In this document: one piece after another, positions 8,391 through 16,312 of the stretch
Layout of the letters: the number at the start of each line of letters is the position of its first letter
Numbering within the stretch: position 1 is the stretch's first letter
Source: Candidatus Rokuibacteriota bacterium
Lineage (GTDB): Bacteria > Methylomirabilota > Methylomirabilia > Rokubacteriales > CSP1-6
DNA length: 61,304 bases
Direction: 5' to 3'
NCBI GenBank assembly: GCA_003220675.1
Contig: QHTD01000058.1
Span: 1-61,304 of the forward strand
Notes under the pieces: generated by a model
The model's input: the letters and a program-made list of their open reading frames with translations, nothing else
Database searches by the model: none
Told to the model about the DNA's origin: nothing
Position numbers and translations under genes: made by a program

Positions 8391-8418
8391 CAATACTAGC
8401 ACAGAAAAATAGTAAGAT
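8391..8418. promoter_or_regulatory. compact divergent promoter region with back-to-back -10-like boxes
   Basis: AT-rich island in a 40-nt intergenic gap. TAAGAT (8413-8418, + strand) lies 6 nt before ATG 8425. TAGTAT (complement of 8393-8398) lies 8 nt before the minus-strand ATG at 8384. Confidence 0.3.
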
Positions 8419-8424
8419 TGACGC

Positions 8425-9099
8425 ATGGCCGACGAGAGCTTCGACTATCCGACGATGGCGCGCGCGCTGATCCTCGGCGACAAGGACACCGTCGCGCGTA
8501 AGACCCGAGAGGGACTCGACCTCGCCCTCGATCCGAAGGTGCTCATCTTCAAGGGTCTCATCCCGGGGATGGACGTCGTCGGCGAGAAGTTCCGCCGGAA
8601 CGAGTACTACGTGCCGCAGGTTCTCCTGTCCGCACGCGCCATGTACGCCGGGCTCGACCTGCTCAAGCCGCTCATCACGGCCTCGGCCCGGGGCGACGAC
8701 TACTTCGGCGTGGTCGTCATCGGCACCGCCCAGGGCGACCTCCACGACATCGGCAAGAACCTGGTCGCGATGATGCTCGAGGGCGCGGGGTTCAAGGTCG
8801 TCAACCTCGGCCGCGACGTGGCGCCGGAGGTCTTCGTGCGCGCGGTCGAGGAGCACGGTGCGACCATCGTCGGGATCTCGGCCCTCATGACGACCACCAT
8901 GCCCGCGATGAAGCGGACGATCGACGCGCTGGTCCGGGCGGGGCTCCGCGAGCGGGTGAAGGTGATGGTGGGCGGCGCGCCGGTGAGCCAGGCGTTCGCC
9001 GACGAGATCGGGGCGGACGGCTACGCGAGGGACTCGACCCTGGCGGTCGTCAGGGCCAAGACGCTCGTCGGGGTCGAGGCCAGAGTGGCGTCGCCATGA
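8425..9099 (+). CDS. cobalamin-binding corrinoid protein (B12 cap + Rossmann domains)
   Basis: DxHxxG motif (GDLHDIGKN), then SALMTTT and a GG(A)P loop, in 224 aa. This is MetH Cob-module / MtbC-like architecture. Confidence 0.85.
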   Translation: MADESFDYPTMARALILGDKDTVARKTREGLDLALDPKVLIFKGLIPGMDVVGEKFRRNEYYVPQVLLSARAMYAGLDLLKPLITASARGDDYFGVVVIGTAQGDLHDIGKNLVAMMLEGAGFKVVNLGRDVAPEVFVRAVEEHGATIVGISALMTTTMPAMKRTIDALVRAGLRERVKVMVGGAPVSQAFADEIGADGYARDSTLAVVRAKTLVGVEARVASP

Positions 9100-10010
9100 C
9101 GGCGCGCGGCTGGGAGGTCAGCGAGCGCGTGCGCGCGGGCGAGATCCTCGTCTTCGACGGCGGCTACGGCACCATGCTGTTCGCGGCGGGCCTCGCGAAC
9201 GGCGCCTGTCCCGAGCTGTGGAACGACACCCACGCCGAGGTCGTGCGAGGGATCCACAAGGGCTACGTCGACGCGGGCAGCCAGATCGTCGAGACCAACA
9301 CCTTCGGCGGCAGCCGCCTCAAGCTCAACGAGTACAAGCTCGGCGAGCGGACACGGGAGCTGAACGAGAAGGGCGCGCGCCTGGCGCGGGCGGTCGCGCC
9401 GCGGGGCACGTACATCGCGGGTTCGATCGGCCCCACGAGCCGACTGCCTCGGGACTACGCGCTCGACGAAGGGGTGACCGACGAGGAGTACGTCGCGACG
9501 TTCCGCGAGCAGGCGGAGGCGCTCGCCGAGGGCGGGGTGGACCTCTTCGCGGTCGAGACCATGATGTTCCCGCAGGAGGCGACCGCGGCGGTGCGCGCGT
9601 GCAAGCAGGTCGCGAACCTTCCCGTGATGGCGACGATGTTCTTCCAGTACGAGGAGATGCACGACCGCGACCGCACGATGTGGGGTGAGAGCCCGGCAGA
9701 GGTCGCCACGAGCCTCCTCGCCGCGGGCGCCGACGTCGTCGGGATGAACTGCGGGCGCGGACCGGACCGGGCGATCGTCATTATCCGTGAGATGCGCAAG
9801 GCCACGGACGCGCCGCTCGTCGCGTACCCGAACGCGGGGCTCCCGATCACGACGGGCGACACGGTCACCTACGAGCTCGGGCCCGCGGCGATGGCGCGCG
9901 AGTACCCCGCGCTGCTCGACGCCGGGTGCAACATCGTCGGCGCCTGCTGCGGCTCCAACCCCGAGCACATCCGTCTGATCGCCGAGGTCGTGCGAAGCCG
10001 CAGGACGTGA
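9096..10010 (+). CDS. homocysteine S-methyltransferase-domain protein (stand-alone MetH Hcy-module-like)
   Basis: Zn-thiolate motifs GMNCGRGP and GACCGSNPEHI. ATGA overlap with the upstream gene. Confidence 0.85.
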   Translation: MTARGWEVSERVRAGEILVFDGGYGTMLFAAGLANGACPELWNDTHAEVVRGIHKGYVDAGSQIVETNTFGGSRLKLNEYKLGERTRELNEKGARLARAVAPRGTYIAGSIGPTSRLPRDYALDEGVTDEEYVATFREQAEALAEGGVDLFAVETMMFPQEATAAVRACKQVANLPVMATMFFQYEEMHDRDRTMWGESPAEVATSLLAAGADVVGMNCGRGPDRAIVIIREMRKATDAPLVAYPNAGLPITTGDTVTYELGPAAMAREYPALLDAGCNIVGACCGSNPEHIRLIAEVVRSRRT

Positions 10011-10729
10011 CGGCGCCCTCCGACGCGCCCCGTGTTCTGGCCGACATCGCTCTCGAGATCGATCCGGACGAGGTCCTGCGCTTCCAGGGTTACAAGCCGG
10101 GGCTCGCCGTCCCGAGTCGCGAGGTCCTGGCCCTCTTCGACGAGGCGCAGGCACTCGGGCGGCGCCTCATGGAGCCGCGCGCGGTAGTCCGCTGGCTGAC
10201 CGTCACCCGCCGCGACGGCGACACGCTCGAGGCGGGCGGGGTCGCGCTGACGATCCCGGGAATCGAGCGCGCGTGGGGCCCCGTGGCGGAGCTCGCGACC
10301 GCCGTCTGCACGATCGGCGAATCGCTCGAGCGCCGCGGCGCCGAGCTGTGGGAGGCGCGCGAGCTGCCGCTGGCGGCCATGCTCGACAGCGTGGGCTCGG
10401 GCGCCGTCGAGAGCCTGGCCGAGTACGTCAACGACGTGCTCTGCCAGGAGGGGATCCAACGCGGTTTGAAGGTTACCAACCGGATCAGCCCCGGCTACGG
10501 CGCCTGGGACGTGGCGCAGCAGAAGGAGCTGTTCGCGCTGTGTCCCGGCAGCGCCATCGGCGTCAGGCTCAACGAATCCTGCTTCATGACACCGGTGAAG
10601 TCCGTTTCGCTGCTCGCCGGCGCGGGTGTCGCGGCGCGCGTCGATCACTACTTCAGCCAGTGCGCCCGCTGCTGGATGCGCGACTGTGCCTATCGCCGCG
10701 CGCCCGCCCGGAAAACCGTCCACCGGTGA
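10007..10729 (+). CDS. methionine synthase activation (AdoMet-binding) domain-like protein
   Basis: GTG 10007 overlaps TGA 10008-10010. RISPGYGAWDV..ELF..L......GV.LNES..M.P.KSVS matches the MetH reactivation-domain pattern. C-terminal CxxCxxxxC. Confidence 0.75.
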   Translation: MTAPSDAPRVLADIALEIDPDEVLRFQGYKPGLAVPSREVLALFDEAQALGRRLMEPRAVVRWLTVTRRDGDTLEAGGVALTIPGIERAWGPVAELATAVCTIGESLERRGAELWEARELPLAAMLDSVGSGAVESLAEYVNDVLCQEGIQRGLKVTNRISPGYGAWDVAQQKELFALCPGSAIGVRLNESCFMTPVKSVSLLAGAGVAARVDHYFSQCARCWMRDCAYRRAPARKTVHR

Positions 10730-10733
10730 CCTC

Positions 10734-10859
10734 GCGGGCCAGGCGGGGAGTCCCTCCTCGACCACGCTAGCACTCGACGCGAAAGGTGTATCCGAACGGT
10801 CGGTGGCGCGGCAGCGCGCAGAAGCTACGGGTCTCGGAGGGTCTCCCCGCCTGGCCCGC
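10734..10859. repeat. long imperfect inverted repeat (29-nt arms, 68-nt spacer)
   Basis: Left arm 10734-10762 (GCGGGCCAGGCGGGGAGTCCCTCCTCGAC) pairs with right arm 10831-10859 at 26/29 positions, including 17 consecutive base pairs. Confidence 0.8.
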
Positions 10860-10925
10860 CGATCTCAGGTGCGCGATCCGGGCGCCGGCGAGGGCTCAGC
10901 ACCCGCACAGGCATGATCTGATACG

Positions 10926-11459
10926 ATGCGGAGGATGCGAGCGGATAACGTCATTCTCATCGGCTTCATGGGCGCCGGGAAGTCGGCGGTCGGCAGACTG
11001 TTGGCGCGGCGGCTCGGGCGCTGCTTCGTGGAGACCGACGACATGATCGTCGCTCGCGTGGGGCGCCCGATCCCCGAGATCTTCCGCGTGGAGGGCGAGG
11101 AGCGGTTCCGCGAGCTCGAAGCCGACGCGCTGGACGCCCTCAAGCTGAAGTCGGGCGACGTGATCGCGACGGGCGGCGGTCTCCCGTGCCGCGAGGGGCG
11201 CATGGAGGCCCTCCGGGCGCTCGGCACCGTCGTGTGGCTCGCCGGCGACTTCGCCGACCTTTACGAGCGGGCGCGCCGGTCGGCAGACCGGCCGATGCTC
11301 GCGGGCCGGACCGCCGAGGAGCTGGAAACACTCTACCGCGCGCGCGAGCCCTACTATCGGCGCGCGCACATCGTGGTCGACACGGGCGGGCTCGGCCCTG
11401 ACCAGGTCGTGGCGCGCGTGCTGGCCGCGCTCAGGGAACCGCATGCCGCACGCGTTTAA
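10926..11459 (+). CDS. aroK: shikimate kinase
   Basis: VILIGFMGAGKSAVGRLLA (P-loop), ETDD, GGG motif; 177 aa. Confidence 0.9.
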   Translation: MRRMRADNVILIGFMGAGKSAVGRLLARRLGRCFVETDDMIVARVGRPIPEIFRVEGEERFRELEADALDALKLKSGDVIATGGGLPCREGRMEALRALGTVVWLAGDFADLYERARRSADRPMLAGRTAEELETLYRAREPYYRRAHIVVDTGGLGPDQVVARVLAALREPHAARV

Positions 11460-13293
11460 TCTCCGTCTCGACGCAGGGCCGCTCCTCTGCGACGGCGCGA
11501 TGGGCACGATGCTCTACGCGCGCGGGGTGTCGCTCGACGCCTGCTTTGACGTCCTCAACCTGAACAACCCGAGGCTCGTCCAGGCGATCCACGCCGACTA
11601 CATCGCGGTGGGCGCCGACCTGATCGAGACCAACACCTTTGGCGCCAATCGCTTCAAGCTCGCGCTGCACGGGCTCGCGGGCCAGGTGCGGGAGATCAAC
11701 GGCCGGGGCGTGCGTGTCGCCCGCGACGCGCGCGAGTCGACGGGGCGCGACGTCCTCGTCCTCGGGTCCATCGGCCCGCTCGGCAAGTACCTGGCGCCGC
11801 TCGGGAGCGTGACGGCGGAGGAGGCGCGCGCCGCGTTTCGCGAGCAGGCGGAGGGGCTCCTCGAGGGCGGCGTCGACGCGTTCATCGTCGAGACGATCTC
11901 GGACCTCGCGGAGATCGCGCACGCGATCGAAGCGATCCGCTCGATCACCGACCTCCCCGTCATCGCGCAGATGGCCTTCACCGACGAGGCCGTGACGTTC
12001 ACGGGACGCTCGCCCGCCGAGGTTGCGCGCACGCTTCGCGCGTTGGGCGTCCAGGCCCTGGGGGCGAACTGCTCGGTGGGCTCGAGCACGCTCTATGGCG
12101 TGCTCGAGCAGATGGTGCCGGCGGCCGGGGGGCTGCCGCTCGCGATCCAGCCCAACGCGGGGCTCCCGAGCCGCGTCGGTGAGCGGCTCATCTATCTGTC
12201 GTCGCCGGCCTACATGGCGGAGTACGCGACGCGGATGGTGGACGCGGGCGCACGCATCGTCGGTGGCTGCTGCGGCACGACGCCTCAGCACATCGCGGCG
12301 ATGCGTGAGGCGCTGGATCGCAAGAGCCCCATCCGGCGCGAGAGCGTGCGTCCCACGATCACTGTGAGCGCGCCGGCTGTCAGCGAGTCGGCCGGGCTCG
12401 TGACCCGGCGCCCCGCGACGACGCTCCAGCGCAAGCTCGAGGCGCGGGAGCTCGTCGTCACGGTCGAGCTCGACCCGCCGCGCGGCCACACCGTCGAGAA
12501 GCTGGTCCAGGGCGCCAAGCTCCTCAAAGAGCGCGGAGTGGAGATCGTCGATATCAACGACGGCTCGCTCGGGCGCGTGCGGATGGCGGTCCTCCCCACG
12601 GCGCTCCTCGTTCGCGAGGCGACCGGGCTCGACATCAACATGCACTTCACCTGTCGAGACCGGAACCTCATGGGCATCCAGGCCGACCTGCTCGGTGCCC
12701 ACGCCCTCGACGTCCGTAACATCCTCGCCCTCCGGGGCGACCCGCCGCGCGCGGGCGACTATGTCAACACCACGGCCGTCTTCGACGTCAACGCCATCGG
12801 CCTCATCGAGGTCCTGAAGCGGATGAATCAGGGCCTGGATGCGACCGGCAACACGATCGGCGTGCCGACCTCGTTCTGCATCGGCGCGGCGCTGAACCCG
12901 GGGGCCGAGAACATCAAGGGGGAGATCGGCCGCTTCCACCGCAAGGTGCACGCCGGGGCGCAGTGGGTCCAGACGCAGCCGGTGTACGACCTGGCCGAGC
13001 TCGACCGGTTCCTCGAGCAGGCGGGCGGCTCCCCGGTTCCGGTCATCGTCGGCGTGCTCCCGCTCCACAGCTACCGCCACGCCGAGTTCCTCCACAATGA
13101 GGTGCCGGGCATCACGATCCCCGACCCGATCCGCGCGCGCCTCAGAGACGCGGGCGACGGGGCGCTGCAGATCGGCATCGAGATGGCCCAACGCCTGGTA
13201 TGCGAGATCCGCGGCCGCTACGCCGGCGTCTACCTCGTGCCCTCGTTCGGGCGCTTCGAGGTCGTCGCCGAGGTGCTGGATGCCCTCCGTTAA
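11443..13293 (+). CDS. bifunctional homocysteine S-methyltransferase-domain / 5,10-methylenetetrahydrofolate reductase (YitJ-like)
   Basis: The N-terminal half carries GANCSVGS and GGCCGTTPQHI. The C-terminal half is MetF-like (..VTVELDPPRG....DINDGSLGR...). 616 aa; overlaps aroK by 17 nt. Confidence 0.85.
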   Translation: MPHAFNLRLDAGPLLCDGAMGTMLYARGVSLDACFDVLNLNNPRLVQAIHADYIAVGADLIETNTFGANRFKLALHGLAGQVREINGRGVRVARDARESTGRDVLVLGSIGPLGKYLAPLGSVTAEEARAAFREQAEGLLEGGVDAFIVETISDLAEIAHAIEAIRSITDLPVIAQMAFTDEAVTFTGRSPAEVARTLRALGVQALGANCSVGSSTLYGVLEQMVPAAGGLPLAIQPNAGLPSRVGERLIYLSSPAYMAEYATRMVDAGARIVGGCCGTTPQHIAAMREALDRKSPIRRESVRPTITVSAPAVSESAGLVTRRPATTLQRKLEARELVVTVELDPPRGHTVEKLVQGAKLLKERGVEIVDINDGSLGRVRMAVLPTALLVREATGLDINMHFTCRDRNLMGIQADLLGAHALDVRNILALRGDPPRAGDYVNTTAVFDVNAIGLIEVLKRMNQGLDATGNTIGVPTSFCIGAALNPGAENIKGEIGRFHRKVHAGAQWVQTQPVYDLAELDRFLEQAGGSPVPVIVGVLPLHSYRHAEFLHNEVPGITIPDPIRARLRDAGDGALQIGIEMAQRLVCEIRGRYAGVYLVPSFGRFEVVAEVLDALR

Positions 13294-13412
13294 TTGGAGC
13301 GCGAGACAGGTTCCCACCGTGGGTGGCCCGAGAGAGGAGCCGGGTGGCTCCGTTAATCGGAGCGCGAGACAAGTTCACACCGTGGGTGGCCTGAGAGCGG
13401 AGCCGGGTGGCT
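13287..13412 (+). repeat. 2 x 63-nt tandem direct repeat spanning a gene junction
   Basis: Unit 1 (13287-13349) and unit 2 (13350-13412) differ at 5/63 positions. Each unit contains the hairpins CCACC-GTG-GGTGG and GGAGCC-GGGT-GGCTCC. Unit 1 holds the upstream TAA stop and unit 2 holds the downstream GTG start. Confidence 0.85.
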
Positions 13413-14714
13413 CCGCCTGAGCTCTCGGCGCTCGGCGTGGTCGAGGCGGCGGCCGAGATCCGACGCGGCGCCGTGAGCCCCGTGTCGCTCGTCGAGGCGT
13501 GCCTCGAGCGGATTCGCGCGCTCGACGGCGGCGTGCAGGCGTGGGTGCACGTCGATGACAAGGGTGCCTTGGCCGCCGCGCGCGAGCGCGCCGAGGAGGC
13601 GAAGCGCTCCACCGTCCGCGGGCCGGTGCACGGTATTCCGGTCGCCGTGAAGGATATCTTTCACGTCGCCGGACTGCCGACGACCGCCGGCGCCCGGCCC
13701 TTCGCCCACAGCCGGCCCGGCGAAGACGCGACCTCGGTCGCTCGGCTCCGGGCCGCGGGCGCGATCATCCTCGGCAAGACCCACACGACGCAGTTCGCCT
13801 ACCGCGATCCGGCGCCCACGCGTAATCCGTGGAACCTCGCGCACACGCCGGGCGGCTCCTCCGCGGGCTCGGCGGCCGCGGTGGCCGCGCGGATGGCCCC
13901 GCTGGCGCTCGGCTCGCAGACCGTCGGCTCGGTCTTGCGCCCCGCGGCCTACTGCGGCGTGGTGGGCTTCAAGCCGACGCACGGGCTCGTGTCCACTGCG
14001 GGCGTGATCCCGCTCGCCTGGTCGCTCGACCACGTCGGCGTCTTCACGCGCGGGGTCGCCGACGCGGCGCTGGTGTTCTCGGTGCTGGCGCGCCGAAACG
14101 TCGTCGCCGAGCCCGGCGGTCCGCCGCGCCTGGCGCTCGCCCCCGACCTCCTGCGTCGCGCCTCGCCCGAGATCGCCGCCCACGTTCAGGCGACCGCCGA
14201 CGCCTTCGCCCGCGCAGGCGCCACGATTGCCGAGGTGAAGCTCCCGGCGTCGTTCGGCGGGATCCATGCGGCGGGCCAGACGGTTCTGGAGGCGGAGGCG
14301 GCAACGTACCACGAGCCGCGGTTCGCCAAGCACGCCGACGACTACGGCCCCGAGATCCGGAAGCTCGTCGAGAAAGGACTCACGATTTCCGCCTCCGCCT
14401 ACGTCGGAGCCAACCGCGCGCGGCTCGCCTTCAGCGAGGAGGTCATGGAGCTTCTCGCGGCGCACGACGCGCTCCTCTCACCGACGGCGCCCGCACCGGC
14501 CCCCGAGGGGCTCGCGTCAACGGGCGACGCGTCGCTCTGCGCCCCCTGGAGCTTCGCCGGCGTCCCCGCGGTCTCGCTGCCGAGCGGGCTCGGAGCGTCG
14601 GGGCTCCCCCTCGCGATCCAGCTCGTTCAGGCCGCCGGCGCGGAGGCGCGACTCCTGAGCGTGGCGGCCTGGTGCGAGCGCCAACTCGGTTTCAGCCGAT
14701 CTCCCGGCCACTAG
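13407..14714 (+). CDS. amidase-signature family amidase
   Basis: GGSSAGSAAAVA signature stretch; 435 aa. The GTG start lies inside the second repeat unit, so the exact start is uncertain. Confidence 0.85.
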   Translation: MAPPELSALGVVEAAAEIRRGAVSPVSLVEACLERIRALDGGVQAWVHVDDKGALAAARERAEEAKRSTVRGPVHGIPVAVKDIFHVAGLPTTAGARPFAHSRPGEDATSVARLRAAGAIILGKTHTTQFAYRDPAPTRNPWNLAHTPGGSSAGSAAAVAARMAPLALGSQTVGSVLRPAAYCGVVGFKPTHGLVSTAGVIPLAWSLDHVGVFTRGVADAALVFSVLARRNVVAEPGGPPRLALAPDLLRRASPEIAAHVQATADAFARAGATIAEVKLPASFGGIHAAGQTVLEAEAATYHEPRFAKHADDYGPEIRKLVEKGLTISASAYVGANRARLAFSEEVMELLAAHDALLSPTAPAPAPEGLASTGDASLCAPWSFAGVPAVSLPSGLGASGLPLAIQLVQAAGAEARLLSVAAWCERQLGFSRSPGH

Positions 14715-14716
14715 CG

Positions 14717-16312
14717 ATGCTCGACCTCAAGCTCGAAGGCGCCTCGGTCGTCGACGGCACCGGCGCTCCGGGCAGCCGCGCCGACGTCGGCATCCGCGCC
14801 GACGTCATCGTCGCGGTCGGGGATCTCTCCAGAGAGACGGCCGGCTCGACGCTCCGGGCTGCGGGCCGGGTCGTGGCGCCGGGGTTCATCGACATGCACT
14901 CGCACTCGGACTGGCGGCTCTGGGAGAACCGGCGCGCCGAGTCGAAGATCCGCCAGGGCGTGACGACCGAGGTCGTCGGTAACTGCGGCTTCTCCCCTGC
15001 TCCCGCGTCCCCGGAGTTTCTCCAGGAGCTGCGCGGCTTCGCCCTCTACGTGCCCAAGGGCATGGACTTCCAGTGGCAGTCGGTCGGCGAGTACCTGAAA
15101 GCGTTCGACGCCGAGGGCACGGCGGTCAACGTCGTGCAGCTCGTCGGCCACGGCACCCTCCGCATCGCCGCGATGGGCTTCGCGCGTCGCGCGCCCGACC
15201 GGAAAGAGCTCGGCCGGATGCAGCGGCTCATGACCGACGCGATGGAGGACGGCGCGTGGGGCCTTTCCACGGGCCTCATCTACGCGCCAGGCTCGTACGC
15301 TGCGACCGAGGAGATCGTCGACCTCGCGCGTGTCGCGGGCCGGCACCGCGGCTTCTACGCGAGCCACATCCGCGGGGAAGGCGCGACGCTCCTCGACGCC
15401 GTTCGCGAGGCGATCCGGGTGGGACGCGAGGGCGACGTGGCCGTCCAGGTGAGCCACATCAAGGCCGCGGGCCGCCCGAACTGGGGGAGGGTGGCCGACG
15501 CGCTCGCGCTGATCGACGGAGCGCGGGGCGAGGGGCTCGACGTGATGGCCGACGTCTATCCCTACACGGCGTCGAGCACGACGCTCCGCACGCTCCTGCC
15601 CGACTGGGCTCTCGAGGATGGCGTCGAGGCGATGCTCGAGCGGCTGGGCAAGCCGGAGGTGCGCGAGCGGATCCGCCGCGAGCTCGAGGCGCCGGTGACG
15701 GGCCAGAGCCTCCTCGACCGCGTCGGCTGGGAGAACATCATGATCGCCTACTGCGCGCGACGGAAGGACGCCGAGGGCAAGCGCCTGTCGGAGGTCGGCG
15801 CCGCGCGCGGGCTGGACCCGCTGGAGGCGGCGCTCGAGCTGATCGTGGACGAGGCGGGCAAGGGGTACATGATCCTCTTCCAGCTCGACGAGACGGACCT
15901 GCGCCGCGCCCTCGCCCATCCAGCAGTCATGATCGGCTCCGACGGCTCGTCCCTGGCGCCGTACGGCGCTCTCGGGATGGGCAAGCCGCACCCGCGCAGC
16001 TACGGCACGTTCCCGCGCGTGCTCGGCGAGTACGCGCGCGAGCAACGCCTCCTCGGGCTGCCCGAGGCCGTGCACAAGATGACGGGGCTGCCGGCCAGGC
16101 GATTGGGGCTCCGCGATCGCGGCGTGATCCGCGCGGGCGCCAAGGCCGATCTCGTGGTGTTCGACCCGAAGCGGGTCGCCGACCTGGCGACGTACGAGGA
16201 GCCGCACGAGTATCCCGTGGGGATCGAGCACGTCATCGTGAACGGGCGCATCGTCATCAAGGACGCCGAGCACACCGGGAGCCTTCCCGGTAAACTCCTG
16301 ACGCCCCCATGA
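14717..16312 (+). CDS. D-aminoacylase (N-acyl-D-amino-acid deacylase, amidohydrolase family)
   Basis: ATG 14717 gives MLDLKLEGASVVDGTG..GFIDMHSHSD (metal HxH). 531 aa. The longer 827-aa ORF overlaps the amidase in another frame. Confidence 0.8.
   Translation: MLDLKLEGASVVDGTGAPGSRADVGIRADVIVAVGDLSRETAGSTLRAAGRVVAPGFIDMHSHSDWRLWENRRAESKIRQGVTTEVVGNCGFSPAPASPEFLQELRGFALYVPKGMDFQWQSVGEYLKAFDAEGTAVNVVQLVGHGTLRIAAMGFARRAPDRKELGRMQRLMTDAMEDGAWGLSTGLIYAPGSYAATEEIVDLARVAGRHRGFYASHIRGEGATLLDAVREAIRVGREGDVAVQVSHIKAAGRPNWGRVADALALIDGARGEGLDVMADVYPYTASSTTLRTLLPDWALEDGVEAMLERLGKPEVRERIRRELEAPVTGQSLLDRVGWENIMIAYCARRKDAEGKRLSEVGAARGLDPLEAALELIVDEAGKGYMILFQLDETDLRRALAHPAVMIGSDGSSLAPYGALGMGKPHPRSYGTFPRVLGEYAREQRLLGLPEAVHKMTGLPARRLGLRDRGVIRAGAKADLVVFDPKRVADLATYEEPHEYPVGIEHVIVNGRIVIKDAEHTGSLPGKLLTPP

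Noticed and set aside
8385-8426. Longer start (ATG 8426) for the phosphodiesterase-like gene.
   Set aside because: The added residues MRQSYYFSVLVLRA are encoded by the AT-rich promoter island and overlap the divergent gene's start. MKIRVLG.. is the family-typical N-terminus.
11431-13317. 628-aa ORF on the minus strand opposite the YitJ-like gene. Similar long antisense ORFs occur at 14711-16273, 16762-19281, 18819-20573, 28767-30368, 30365-32134 and 59294-60817.
   Set aside because: These are Arg/Asp/Gly/Pro-rich low-complexity translations with no motifs, each fully overlapping a gene that has clear family signatures. They are typical shadow ORFs of high-GC DNA.
13287-13412. The tandem 63-nt repeat considered as a CRISPR array or as a tandem (glycine-type) riboswitch.
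   Set aside because: There are only two directly abutting units with no spacers. The units are too short and lack the conserved cores I know for tandem riboswitches.
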